Shown here: piece after piece, positions 38,420 to 52,064 of the stretch
Layout: each line of letters starts with the position of its first letter
How positions within the stretch are numbered: position 1 is the stretch's first letter
Assembly (NCBI RefSeq): GCF_009914755.1
Contig: NC_060931.1
DNA length: 64,000 bases
Direction: 5' to 3' (one strand)
Origin: the human T2T-CHM13v2.0 reference genome, Homo sapiens
Translations under genes and position numbers: made by a program
The notes under the pieces: generated by a model
What the model was told of the DNA's origin: nothing
Database searches by the model: none
Seen by the model: the letters and a program-made list of their open reading frames with translations, nothing else

Positions 38420-41400
38420 CTGAGGCTGCTTCCCGTTGGGGGCATCATTGGCCCAGGCTGGTGAGCATGAGGGTTAAAAACATGCAGCTTCTATTATGTG
38501 ACAGTGCCAAGGGCTCATACACATGTTAGCACATTGAATGGGGGAGCAGATATGATTGGCACATTTTATACCACACATGTGTTTGTGTCGTTGCTGTCCC
38601 ACTATATTAGTATCCTAGACCAACATCACCTGCAAATACTTGGGGTACCCATTTCTGAATGCTGTCAGCTCTCAGGGATCCTGGTCAACACACTGGCCTG
38701 CCAGGGTGAGCCACCTCTTCCCCAGCCAGGCAACATTTCATTCAGAGGTGATAATTTAAAATGCTGCACCCAGGTCCAGGGCCTACAACCCGCTGAGAAG
38801 TGAAATACCCACAGTAGGAGAGTTAACGTAAAGGAAATCCTTGATCAGAGCTTATGAAGGGGACACTGGCTATTTAATTTCACTTAATCTGGTTTTCCAA
38901 ACTTACGTGTTCCCTTACGCCCACCCATGCTTTTTTTTTTTTTTAATTTGGCCTGTTATTCCATATAAATAAAAATGACTTTGAAAACCATGAGTCATCT
39001 TTATATAGTATAGACAGTCTTAGAATTGGGGGTGTCCTCATGGGTTTGAAGTCCAAGCTTACTCTGGGTGCTTAGAATGTAGCAGTTAGAAGCTTCCTCT
39101 GTAATCAGGAGATGGATGTCTGTGTCTGATGAGTTCCCAACCTCAGTGACAGTGGATTCCACATTGCAAAGAAGAAAGGAACTTTTTGATCACTAATAAC
39201 ATGCCAGGCACCATGTTAGGTACTTCATATTAACTATCTCACCCTAATTTCCACTAAAATCCCTGAAGAGAACGATCACATCCACTTTACAGATGAAGGG
39301 AACAGAAACCTAGTTGCTGGAATCCGCTGGCATTCATTTCACTTCTGCCCGTGAGTATTAATTGGCTGTGCCCTCTAGGAAAACATAAAATATGTGGCCC
39401 CTCTGCTTTTAAGAACTTTGCTGAAGACTCTTTAGGAAATGCCTTTGGGATAACCTTGGACCGTCTAAGAGAGACCAACTAAGAACATCTTAGCTGCCTT
39501 GGTCTATTTGCCTGTGACACAAATGGAGAGAGCAATGGTCTGTATATGCAGGAAGACAACAACAGCTCAATTTTACAACTCTTAGAAAAACTAAACAGCA
39601 AGTTCTGGGCTCAGGACTCTGTAAATGCTTTGATAACTTATTGAATACCAAGCTAAGGGGGTGTTATCTAATTGTGAAAAACAGGGCAAATAGTCACATT
39701 CCAGTTTTTATTTCCTTTAAGCTTGGGCAATGGTTGTGTAACCTTGTGATGGCTTTTGCTCCCTGGTACAAATGGAGTCATTAGTATCAATCCACGCAGA
39801 GAAGTGGAGGCAGGGGCCCAGGACCAGCAGGAACACTGCTTTGGGACAACACATCTCCTGACTGCCTGACTGCCCCTTTCTGGGTCCATTTTATTTTCCC
39901 GGGCACCTGTGCCAGCCACCTCCTTGGTCAGTGCTCCAGGTAGCTCTTCATCCATGATGCCAGTCAACCATAAGGAAGTCCTCATCGTGAAATCCAAGAA
40001 GTACTTTGGATTAAGGTAAAGGTGAACCCTGTAGCAATGTTCTCCCAAACGACAGATTTGCTGTGCATATCTTCTCTCTAGAGAATAGCTTCGTGTCTTG
40101 GCCAGCTCTGTACCTAAGCACACACTCAGCAGTTCTACAGAATGACAGATTCACCAAACAGGGCATGTGTATCCACAAGCGCTGTGCAGTGAGGAGGTGT
40201 CTGTTTGCTAAATAATAGAATAGGGAATCCCCAGCAATGATGCCCCCTTCCTGACTAAGGGTAGCCGTCATGTAAACAGCATTAGTTGGGAATAAAGTCT
40301 TTGGTTCTGCTAACAGCTGCCTTTATAATTGTTTTGCAGAGTGTCCCATGTGACTTTTATCCTAGTGATCCGGCATTACCTCCCACTGGGGTGGAAGATT
40401 TGGTCTCCCTGGGCTGCAGAATTTGACTAAAGGTCTGTGTGTGTTGGTTCTTGACTTAGTTATGAGCTCTCAACATGCAATAAACATCCTGATTAACCTT
40501 GGGAAATCTGAATACTACTATTACCTGAATATGGCTCTTGACTGGTTTCTGACCTCTCACCCATCTATGGGCACATGATTAAGTAATGCAAATTAATTGT
40601 AATAATTTCCCAAGCAAATAAAATTATTTTGGTAATGATATTGGCCTCAAAGTTCGTACATTGCAATGCAAATCTGACTGTTCACTTACATGAGAGGGTC
40701 TGTCTGAAGCTCTGGTTTGCCTGCACCACTGATACCATCCATTCCAGTGATATGCAGCTGATACCCAGACCTGGTCTCTAGAATGCCAGTCATGGCTTCT
40801 CAACAAGACTCCAGAAAAAATAGATTTGCATGCTATGCCTTCGGACTTGGCAGCATTTGCAGAGCAGAGCGCCAGCTCATGTTCCAGAGGACCAGGTGCA
40901 CAGAGGCAGAGACCCACTGACCTCCAAGCCGTGCTAGAGAGGCACAGCATCATCCTGACTCTCTGAAGAAGCTGTGTTCCTCCCAGAAGCCACTGACAAA
41001 CCCTGAGCTAGACTCAAGCATGACCTTTCCAGAATTTATCTCTGTCCCTGTTCACTAGCACTTTATGCCATAATCAATAAATACGCATTTGGTGCACGCC
41101 AAAGCCCTCAAAGATGGTTAGTTCAAAAACTCTAGCCATGCAGGTGGTTCTCAAGGACATAATGGTTTATGACAACACTCCCTGTGCCATGTGGGTCAAA
41201 AGGTAATTTTTAAAATGTTCCTAAATCTAACTCCTAAGAATTGTGTGAGGTCTTGGGACAGTGAGGAACTTTCCAAGTAGAACTCTGTACCATGGGCTTG
41301 CATAAGGTTCTTTGAGATCATTGCAACACATGCTCCTGATAGCACCATTGTACGAAAGGTCTTGCCTTGTTTTTTTCTAGCCCCACTTATTGTAGCTTTT

Positions 41401-42329
41401 TACTCTCTAGGTCAAAAAATAAAGCATAATTACAAAACTAAGTTCATTGTTCTTTGACCTGCATGAGAGAACATTTTCCTGACACTGTAAAGCTTATGCG
41501 CCCATGACCTGAAGGAGTTGCCAATATCTTACAGGGATGGAAGCAGACATTGCTTTGGGTATCCGAAAGGTATCTGTGAAGGAGTGGGTGGGGTTCATTG
41601 CCAAAGCACAGCATTCGCCAAAGGCCCCCGGTGCTCACTGTGGTCAACACTGAGGCCAGCAAATTTGTCTGTGATTCTTGCAGTTAGGACGCAAGGAGAG
41701 CAGCTGTTTCTCATGGAGCTTCAAGGAGAGTCCGCCTCGGTAGGACCATTGGTTTCAACCCTATTCTTTATCTTTCAGGTTTAAGAAGCTGGTGCAAACT
41801 GTTCACCAAGATGTTCACTGACACATCTCTAGAACGGTGTCATGGTAACCATTTCCCCAAAGACTGACTTACGGTCCAGTATGGGGCTGTGCTCATTTGC
41901 GTGGGGATCTATTTTTGTGTGGCCGGTTCCCTCTGCTCTTAGATCCATTCCCTGACCTGCCCGGCTATGGACTGCCAGGGCCTCTAGTCCCAGGATCTTT
42001 CACCAACTGGTGTCCGGCGAGCTTTGGCCAATAGGAGAGAATGGAAGAGTAGGAGGGCAACAGAAGCCAGGGGATTCTTCTGCTGTTATTTTGCCTTGAG
42101 CAGCATCATGGGAAGCATTTCCTGCCTCTGTGGCTGTGGCCCCACTAGCCTGACCCTCCCTCAGTGGGCCCAGCGTCTGCCGGGCAGCCTTGACTGTGGC
42201 CCTAGAGTCACGGAATACTCGAGCAGACCTCTGACGGACATGGTGGGGTGAGCCATGTGGGTCGCTGGGGAGAGGATTCCAAAACAGAAGGGTGAGATCG
42301 GGGTGTTTGAAGTTGGTGAGAGAAAGAGT

Positions 42330-43290
42330 GGTAGGACTTAACATATTGGACAGTAAGGGCCTTGGCTTTTATCTGAGTGAGATGAGATCATGTTGGAGAA
42401 CATCAACTAGAAGAATGACACAATCTGATTCACGTTTTTAAAGGACCTTAGCAGCCTGGCTGCTATGGAGAGAAAAGACTGTGCAAGCAACAGGGAAAGA
42501 ACAGGGGAGCACAGTAAGAAGGCCATCGTGTCATCAGGCAGGAGGTGACAGTGCTCAGGCCAGGGTGGGAGAGGAGCAGTGGCAAGAAGGCATTGTTATT
42601 TCTGGATATGTTTTGAAGACAGAATCCCCAGAATTTGCTGATAGATTGGATGTGGGGTCTGAGAGGAGGAAAGGGCAGCATGGGAGCACCTGGAATGATC
42701 CCACTTACTGGGACGGCAGGGGCAGGGAGGGGCTGGGGAAACAGTTTGCTTTTGGATACAGTAAACTTCAGACATACATCAAACACCCAAGTGAAGAGTC
42801 CAGAGAGACAGGGGTCAGGGTGACAAGAGACGCTTGTTTGGAAGTCGTCAACCAAGGGATGGAATTTAAAGCTGTGAGGTGGGAAGAGATGGTCTAGGAT
42901 GAGAATGTAGACAGCAAAGAGGTTGGGACTGTACCTCGCAGCCTCCAACAGCTGGAGGCTGGGGAGATAAGAAAGAGCCAACAAAGGGACCAGGAAAGAA
43001 CAGCCAGGGAGTCATCAGGGAATTGGGAGAAAGTGGCCTGCAGAGAGCAAGGGAGAGAAGAAGCAGTGAGTTAGAAGAAGAGGCAGAGTTGATGGTGACC
43101 TGGAGGCCACTGGTTAGCTTGCAGGAGCAGAGGAGCTTGAGAGCAGTAGCCTGCTGGGACTGGCTCTGGACATCCAGAGGAAAGGACGTGGTGAATAGTG
43201 AGAACTATTTCTAGGAACTTTGCTGTATGAGGGAGCAGAGAATGAGGTGGTGAGCAGGGAAAAATGTGGGTCAAGAGAGGGCTTTTTTTT
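42330..43290 (-). mobile_element. L2 fragment
   Basis: TTGGCTTTTATCTGAGTGAGATG, TCTGGATATGTTTTGAAG, ATTTGCTGATAGATTGGATGTGGG are typical reverse-L2 motifs. Confidence 0.7.
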
Positions 43291-43312
43291 TTTTTTTTCA
43301 CGTGAGGGATAT

Positions 43313-43612
43313 GGCCAGGCACGATGGCTCATGCTTGCAATCCCAGCACTTTGGGAGGCCAAGGCTGGTGGATCACCTCAGATCAGGAGTTCAAGACCAG
43401 CCTGGGAAATATGGCAAAACCCCATCTCTACAAAAAATTCAAAAATTAGCCAGGTGTGGTGGCACACGCCTGTGGTCCCAGCTACTCAGGAGGCTGAGGT
43501 GGGAGGATCGTTTGAGCTCAGGAGGTCAAGGCTGCAGTGAGCCAAGATCACACTACTGCACTCCAGCCTGAGTGACAGAGTGAGACCCTGTCTTAAAAAA
43601 AAAAAAAAAAAA
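43313..43612 (+). mobile_element. AluJ-like
   Basis: Full dimer with A-tail, inserted in the L2. Confidence 0.92.
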
Positions 43613-44049
43613 GATGGGGGATATTACAGCATGTTTGTGTGCTAACAACCCTGTAACATTCAGGGGAGGGAGTTGTGTCGACGGTGCGGGAAAGAGAGGG
43701 GAAAACCTCATAGACAAGAGAGATGAGCTGAACCAGCGGCGTGGCCGGCCGCCAACAGGTGGGAGATGGGACAGATCACCCAGGTGACTGGAAGGGACCG
43801 CGTCGAATGCAGCCTGGGAGACACAGTCAGGGAGCTTGTGAGGCTCTTTCCTGAGCGCTTCTGTTTTCCCCGTGAATAAGAGGCAGTGCCACCTGTGGAT
43901 GGGAGGTTTGAAGGGCGAGAAAAGGTGAGACGGACTCTGGAGGGGAGTGGGAGGCTGAGGTCCATGTGGACATTCTCCCCCCACAGAGGAGGCCTGCTGT
44001 TGATGATGTCCTCTATCTTTTCTTCCAACTCAGCAGTAAGTCTTGAAGA

Positions 44050-44900
44050 TTGTGTATATCCTTTCATAGAGAGCTGCTTCATTCCTGAGAATGGCTGCCT
44101 AGTATTCCATGGTACGAGCATTGCATAATTTATTATCATTACTTATGTATTACCTTGTATTTATGTGTGCAGTCCTCTACTGATGAAAATGTAGGCTGTT
44201 TCCAATGCTGGAATGCTGTGCACATGTCATTTCACACATTTTGGAGTGTGCCGAAGGACAAATGCTTAGACAGGGACTTGCTAGAACAAGGTGTGAAGAC
44301 ATGATTCAGTTTCATAGACCAGTGATTTGTTTTCCTTGGGACGTTCATCCGTTTGCACTCTCACCCACAGTGTATGAACACGCCTGTCTCTCTACACCTT
44401 CATCGACACAAATCTATTTCTAACTTTTTGATATTTGCCCACCTCTTAGGTGAAAATAGTATCTCGCACTTTTACTGTGTATTTTTCTTGTGATAAATAA
44501 GAATGCACATCTTTTTACACATTCGCGTGTCTTTTTTGAGTTCTCTTTCTGTCTGTTGTCTATTTGTGATTTTTGCCTATTCTCCTATTGGGTAGTGGAT
44601 CATTTTCTTATCTACTTATAGGCACTCTTTATATATAAAGAGATTAGCTCCTCATCAGTGGGTGGCAAATATTTCTTCCCAGTTATTTTTTGTCTTCTGA
44701 CTTTGTTTATTATGCCTTTTCTCCATGCAGGATTTTTTCTTTTTATATGTTTTATTTCATTAATTTATTTGTTATGGCTATTTGGGGTTTTCTGCCATAT
44801 TTAGAGAAGCCCTTCCTACTTCAAAATTATTTTTAAAATCTCTCCCATATTTACTTCTGCATTTGTACTGTTTCCTTTTTTTAACATAAAAAATCATATT
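44050..44900 (-). mobile_element. Old L1M fragment
   Basis: AT-rich; TAGTATTCCAT, GGCTGTTTCCA, GCCTATTCTCCTATTGGG, GCAAATATTTCTTCCCAG resemble the reverse L1M 3' region. Confidence 0.6.
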
Positions 44901-45711
44901 ACATTTAAATCTTTTTTTTTTCTATATGGCATTTATTCTGGAAAAGATGTGAAGCAGTGGAGGAGGAGATAGACTTTCACAGTAATTTCTGTCCTATTTA
45001 TTGATGTTGGGCAGGAGGCCTGGGCCCCGGTCCTGGACCGGCGACCATCCCATGCCAGACTTGGCAGGCACGTGCCTCTCTGAGCCTCCACCGCCTTCAT
45101 CTGTGAAGTGAGACCGCCAGGTGGGGTGATTTCCAAGGTCCTTGCCATCAGACCGTCGAGGAGTCTGTTGAGGATGCTCTCTCCCTTTCTCTCTGGACTC
45201 TTGGAGAACTGAGTCGGACACCAAAGTTTGTGTGGTGAGTACAAGGAGTGGCTGCCTTGTCTTCCCGCACTCAGGCAATAAATACTTATTGAGCGCATGC
45301 TGTGCGATGAGTCACCAGAAACCCATCTGCACTGATTGAGCCGCCAAATGCCCATCCTACTGATGGCAGATCAATAGGGCCCTTCCTCTACAGGAGCCTG
45401 GGAGTGATGATCCAGTGGACATGCAGACAGGAAAATACCAGCTGAACCCACTCCCACCACAGAGTGAGAAACACAGGCGTGGAGGATTTTCCATTTCACG
45501 GTGTGTTCATGGATGTCAGCTCATTTCATTCTTACAGTAAGAATTATATCCCCACCCCTACCCTGCCACACACAAATACAAGGTTTGAAAAGGCTGAGTG
45601 ACTTACACAGCGGCCCTGTTGGAGATCACCAGGCTAACAGCCATCAGCGGCAGGTCAGAGCCAGGGTGTTGTGGCTCTGCACGGAGCCCCACATGCCGAT
45701 TTAATGGGCTC

Positions 45712-46247
45712 TGCCATGGCTAACGTTAAATGTCAATGTGGCCAGGCTGCGGTGCTCAGCTGTTTGGTCAAATGCCGGTCACATGCTTCCGTGAAGGCCT
45801 TTTTCAAATGAGATGAACGTCTAAATGAGTGGACTGAAAACAGATCACCCTCCATCCTCCACAGCAGGGTGGGTCACATCCAGTCATTTGGAGGCCATGG
45901 GAGAAAAGACTCAGATGCCCCAGGGAAAAAGGAATTCTGCCTCCAGACAGCCTTCTGACTCAAAGCTACAACCTCAGCTCGCACCTGAATTTCCAGCCTG
46001 CTGGCCTGTCCTGCAGATTTCAGGCTTGGCAGCCCCCATAATCACAAGCTCGTCCCTTAAAGTGAATCAATCTTATCAATCTCTCTCTCCTCTGTGTGTG
46101 TGTGTGTGCACGCGGTGGGAGGGAGGGGAGTAAGTTTAAAGAATGGCTGCGATATACACATATATAAGTATATGTATGTACATTATACATACACACATAC
46201 ATATACAAACACTATTGCCTCTGTTTTTCTGGAGAACCCTAATATAC
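45712..46247 (+). mobile_element. MLT2 (ERVL) LTR with internal microsatellites
   Basis: ATGTCAA...CAGCTGTTTGGTCAAA start; CTGTTTTTCTGGAGAACCCTAATATAC end. Confidence 0.75.
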
Positions 46248-46904
46248 TTTTCCTCCCAGGAAAGTAATTACTAATGGTGGAATTTCAGCCTCTGCAGAAG
46301 AAGTAGGGGCCAGGGCTGCGGTTCCTTTTGGTTGCTTCCCTAATGACACCACCCAGGGACGTGCCTCTGTGTGCGCTGGCCTTGGGACTTTAAAGAGGTG
46401 CACAGGAAGGAGCCTGGGCTCTGGAGTCAGACCTGCCTGGCTGCTTGCTGCTGGTGTGACTGCAGGCAAGCCACGTAGCCACTGAGCAAAAAGGAGAGAA
46501 GGATGCCCAGGTGTTTGCAGGCAGCAGGGCTGGCAGAGGCTCCACTCACATTCGTTCCTGTCTCTTCCTTGATGTTAGTGCAAATACCAGACACACAGCT
46601 GTAGCACCGTCAACGTGGTTTGCTTTCCAGAATCTTCTGGAAAATTGCAAAAAGTCCACAATTTCCTGGGCACATGCCCTGTTGCCCTCTGAAGCTAATA
46701 CACCTGGCCCCCAGAGGCCACCCTCACCGCAGAAGAGAGTGTGTTTCCTAGAAGGCTGTTCCCGTGGGTCCAGGGCAGCCGGGGACCTGGCACCTTGGAG
46801 TTAGGAGCAGCGTTTCTCAGAGTGGCCCTCAGGCCCTGCTTCAGAGGGTCCAGGAGGTGCCTGGGCTCCTTCCCCAGGCTGTGGTTGGGGGATTTGGGGT
46901 AGGG

Positions 46905-47112
46905 CATGTGTATGCATGTGTGTGTGCTTGTGTGTGCATTCATATGTGTGTGCATTTGTGTGTTCGTGTGTGCGTGTGCATGTGCAAAAGTGTGTACATG
47001 TGTGCATGTGTGTTCGTGTGCGCATGCGTACGTGTGTGCATGTGTGTGTGCGTGTGGACATGTGTGAGCGTGTGTGTGCATGTGTAAGCATGTGTGTGCA
47101 CTCACGTGTGCA
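46905..47112. repeat. Degenerate (TG)n/(TGCA) low-complexity tract
   Basis: Alternating purine-pyrimidine sequence over ~200 bp. Confidence 0.85.
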
Positions 47113-49381
47113 TATCGTTTGAGATCCACTGCCCTGGCCCTTCCTCTGCTCCTTCTCCTGGGAAGTATTTTGGGAACCAGAAAAAAAGCAGTCACACATT
47201 TTGCATCTGTCTTTCCTGCTAGAGAATTGCAGGTGCTGTGTTGAGCCACCCTGCTGTCACCTGACAGGCTGTCAAGGATGCTGTGGAGAACGCCCTGCGC
47301 CACAGAGGCTCTGGGCAGCAGAGCAGGGCTGCCTCCCACCTCACTGCGTGGGCGGAGCTCCTTCTCCCAGGGAGGGGAATGTGGAGAGGGGATGCCAGCC
47401 TACTTCCCCTTTCCATTTCATGCCGGTGATATTTGCTGTTATTTGGACTATTATTGCAAACATCTTCAGATCTTTGCTGAAGAGAGACTATGCCATGTGA
47501 GGTGTAACAGTGGGGGTGTTGGTTGTTATAGGAATTGCTGATTTTACATGAGTCTTTTTCCAGTGACTTTTCGATAACTGAATGACGGAATGAGCTCGAG
47601 GCCCATAGATGTGATCTACTTCAGGGCCAGGCAGAAAGAAGGGACTTTTATTCAGTCAGAAGCGGGATCACGTGGGATTTGAGAAGAGTGATCCTTAGCA
47701 GAGCTGGGCTTTGCGCAGGGGACTCTGGAGGGAGAGGAGACACAGGGGCTGTTTGGGTCAGGGCTCCAAGGAGAAGGGCACAAGGCCACTATGGAGAGTG
47801 CTGTTTCTACCGGGAACTCTTGGAGAGGACTCCATTTTGTTACAGCGGCCAGGGCTCCATGGGTGCTAACCACCTTGGGGATTTGATAGTTTGAAACAAA
47901 CAAACAAAAAGACATACGCTAAGATCTCTAGAGAGAAATTCCTGTTCGGTCTTAAACCAAGAATAGTTGTCTTTCTCCTGAACTCTTGGTCTGTTTGTAT
48001 CTTGTGAGTCCTAGAGCTGACTGGAACATAATCACCCAAGCTGTGGCCCACCCACAGCAAGTGCGTGCTCCTGGCTTGACGTATACACACATCTGCTATT
48101 GGAGGAAATTACCTCTCCCAGCACAGTATTTAGGTCTGGTAGGGGACGCTGGTATTCTGCCTCCCTAGTCCCTGGCTCAGCCTGTCATAATCACCCCCAG
48201 TCGGGAGACTTGGTCTTGGTGGCCAATCAGAGCCTTCCTTGTGACTCTGGCGCTGACAGAGCCCTTTCCATTCTTATCTCGAGGCAGTTAGACTTCAGCC
48301 TGGCACTACCCCTGCTCCAGGGACGGCCAGACTGGGAGCCAGGGTACAGTACTCAGAGATGGGAGGAACAGCAAAGCCTGGGTTCCTGTCATCCTTAAGA
48401 CCAATCCCTCCTCTGCTTCTCCCTGTGAGTCAAGAACATTCCCATATTTTCTTAAGATAGCGTGGGATTCCTGTCTCCTGCAATGCAAGAGTCCTAACGA
48501 ATAAACTCACTTTTAGTTAACTTAATCATGTTGTCATTTTTGTCCATTTGTAGGTTATTCTTTCTAGAACAAGTGGAGGAGGTAAAGAAGCGTGGCAGGG
48601 AGGAGAGAAGCAAAGAAGGAAAGACACGTTGTGTCAGCAGAGCTATAACTAACATGAGTACCTGTTACTGAGCTGCTGCAGCCTCTCCTCTGCCCCACAG
48701 CCCCCACAGCCTTCATTGTGGTCAGGTAGCCCTGCACTCCTGCGATCCCCGGGCAGCATCAGGGCGGGAGCAGTGTTGAACAGGGAATGACTTTGGTTTT
48801 ATCACAAAGCCTCCATGCTGGGTGTCTGTGGGGACGGCAGACTTGTGGTTCATAAAATCCCGAGTCTTTGGGTGGGTGGGCTTCTGACTCCGATTGGTGC
48901 TTGTGGGATGCCAGAGTCATTTCCAGGCTCAAGTAAAGCAGAGGCATTGGATCTTCTTGTTACTCTGGGGATTTAGACGAATAACTGGTGGAACTTGAGT
49001 GCATTAATCTTCCCCTATAGGAAAATAACTTTTCCCTTTGTAGTCGAAGAGAGCCTGACTAAAGCTTACTAATAACTGGGATTAGCAATGTCCATTAGTA
49101 ATTTTTCAAGTTACTTGAGCAAGAAAAAAAATAGCGACTGCAGAAGCCAAAACTCAGAACCATCAGCTGATGTTGGTCACTTACTTTGACAAGCATAATT
49201 CAGATTCCATTTATTTATGGTTAAATTCCCGCAGCACTGTAACCAGATAACTCTGGGCTGAGGGGATGGGCTGAGGAGTGAGGAAAAATAAACCTACTTT
49301 CCTTTTGGTGTACTCTTACCTGTTCCTCATTTGTTTGACCCTAGTATCTCTTTCCATTTTAAAATTCAGATTCACAAAATG

Positions 49382-49685
49382 GGCCAGGTGTGGGGGCTCA
49401 CGACTGTAATCCCAGCACTTAAGGAGGATGAGGCGGGCAGATCACTTGAGGTCAGGAGTTCACGACCAGCCTGGCCAACATGGGGAAAGCCCATTTCTAC
49501 TAAAAATACAACAATTAGCCGGGCGTGGTGGCGGGTGCCTGTGATCCCAGCTACTCGGGAGGGTGAGGCAGGAGAATCGCTTGAACCTGAGGGGCTGAAG
49601 TTTCAGTGAGCGGAGATAGCACAACTGTACTCCAGCCTGGGCAACAGAGCAAGACTACGTCTCAAAAATGAACAAACAAAACAGA
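49382..49685 (+). mobile_element. AluS
   Basis: Full dimer with an (AAAC)-type tail. Confidence 0.93.
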
Positions 49686-50841
49686 TTAACAGAATGGTTG
49701 ATCCTAGGACTACATGAGATTGCAAAGTATCCTGTCTTGTGTTCACTTCTACCCATTTTACTTTTATTGAGAGTGAGGGGGAGAATGTCACAGAATACAA
49801 ACACCAGCATTATAATCTTCCACTGGGAAGATCCACATGTACTCGAATGATTTTCCCAATGCTCAAAATATTTTAGAACTTCTTTAAAAAAAAATGTAGC
49901 ACCACTTTGTGAAATGAAAAATAGCAAAAATGTCCATTTCAATAAACTTGTGGTGGAATATTTGCGAAGAAGCTTAGCAACATCACCAGCATAGAAGAGG
50001 CACGTAAATGATCCCGTTGAAATTCCCGCAGCAGGTCAAAGTGAACTCCCTTTATTCCAGTCTCTGTCCACATCTCTCCAGTCGTGGATTTTACTCTAAC
50101 TGACCCTTATCAATGAAAAACTGGATCTGCTTCAGACTGAAATCCTAGCATCACAGGGATTGCTCAGTTCAGCTCTCTCTTAATACAAACAAACAGTTTG
50201 CCTCCCTGTTTTCTACTCTATCTGTACAGTCATGAGGCCATGCCAAGATGGGATTAGATGTGCAAGAGATTTAATGGAAGGAATGCCTGTGAAGGGTAAA
50301 GGGAGAAAGAGCAGGAGTGGGTTCAGACCTCCGGGGAGCCTGACACCTGGAAGGAAGGATTGGGTAGGAAGGGCCTCCAGCCTGCAGCTCAGTTCTGAGC
50401 AAGTCTCGGCCAGACCGGGGTGGGGGGTCACCAAGCACATTCTTCAGTTAGAGGATGCTGGGAAAGGGAGGAGTGGGCTGGCTCTGGGCTGCCACCCTGC
50501 CCTGTCCTTGCTTGGGGACAGGTGGGGAGAGTGTGAAGGACCCAAGAGAGGTTCTGGGCTGTCAGTCAAGGATGCCAGACCCCCAAGTGCCTGCATTGTG
50601 ATTCTCCCCCGGGATGGCTGTGACCCCCCGCTGCGTCACCCCCCACCTCCACACCACCAAGGCTGTGGCAGGTTCTCAGGGAGGAGACCCTGGTGGCCAC
50701 CGCCATGGCTGTGGCGTCATCTCTGAGACCACCCAGAACCCCGCCTGCCTCACATCCTCCTCCAACCTCATTCCCTGATGCTCCTCAGCAGTATTTCCCC
50801 CAAAGGTCAGGCAGGCTGGCCTCTCTGGCCTCTGTGTATGA

Positions 50842-51263
50842 TGTTATGGGTTAAATTGTGTCCCGTGAAAAAGCATGTTGAAGCTCTACCCCCAGGACCT
50901 ATGAATGTGACCTTATTTGGAATAGGGTCTTGGAGATGTGATCATGTAAGAGGACGTCACACTTGATGAGGGTGGACTCGAATCCAATAGTCTTTAGAAG
51001 AAGGGAAAACAGACACAGGCAGAAACCCACAGGGAGAAGCTTGTGTGGCGACAGACGTGGAGATTGGCATGATGCTCTGCAAGCGGAGGGACGCCAGGGG
51101 CTGCCTGCAGCACGAGGAGCTGGAGGAGGCGGGGAGAACCCTCCCATGCAGCCTTCAGAGGGAGCGGGCCCGGCCCACACCTTGACTGCAGACTTCGGCC
51201 TCCAGAACTGTGAGAAAAGAAAGTTCTATTGTTTTAAGCCACCTGGTTTGTGGTGCTTCCTTA
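50842..51263 (+). mobile_element. MLT1B/C solo LTR
   Basis: TGTTATGGGTTAAATTGTGTCCC...ATGTGACCTTATTTGGAA...CTCCAGAACTGTGAGA...GTTTTAAGCCAC. Confidence 0.8.
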
Positions 51264-51399
51264 CCCAGGTCTTTCTTAGCTGCCCTCTGTGCCTTTGTCC
51301 GGGCCCCCTGCTGCCTGGAACACCCTCTCTTCTCTCCCACATCTCCCCGGCATCTGTCTCCTTCCAGGCCCCACCTGGAAGCTGCAATAAGGGCTCAAG

Positions 51400-52064
51400 C
51401 CCTCCCCGATCCCTCCGCCCTCTCCGATCCTCCGTCCTCCCCACTCCTCCGCCCTCTCCGATCCGTCGTCCTCCCCGCTCCTCCGCCCTCCCAGTTCCTC
51501 CGCCCTCCTGGCTTCTCTGCCCTCATCGCTCCTCTGCCCTCCCTGCTCCTCCATCCTCCCTGCTCCTCTGCCCTCCCCAATCCTGTCTCCTCCCTGCTCC
51601 TCTGCCCTCCCTGCTCCTTCGTCCTCCCCGCTCGTCCTCCCTCCCGCTCCTCTGTCCTCCCCCCTCCTCCATCCTCCCCGCTCCTCCGCCCTCCCCGCTC
51701 GTTCGCCCTCCCCGCTCCTCTGCCCTCCCCGCTCGTTCGCCCTCCCCGCTCCTCTGCCCTCCCTGCTCCTCTGTCCTCCCCGCTCCTTCGCCCTCCCCGC
51801 TCCTCCGCCCTCCCCGCTCGTTCGCCCTCCCCGCTCCTCTGCCCTCCCCGCTCGTTCGCCCTCCCCGCTCCTCTGCCCTCCCCGCTCCTCTGTCCTCCCC
51901 GCTCCTTCGCCCTCCCCGCTCCTCTGCCCTCCTTGTTCCTCCGTCCTCCCCGCTCGTTCGCCCTCCCTGCTCCTGCGTCCTCCTCACTCCTCCACCTTCC
52001 CTGCTCCTCCGTCCTCCCTGCTTGTTCGCCCTCCCCGCTCCTCCGCCCTCCCCGCTCCTCTGCC
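51400..52064. repeat. C-rich 17-bp minisatellite (CTCCCCGCTCCTCYGCC), ~39 copies
   Basis: Direct inspection; almost devoid of A on the plus strand. Confidence 0.92.
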
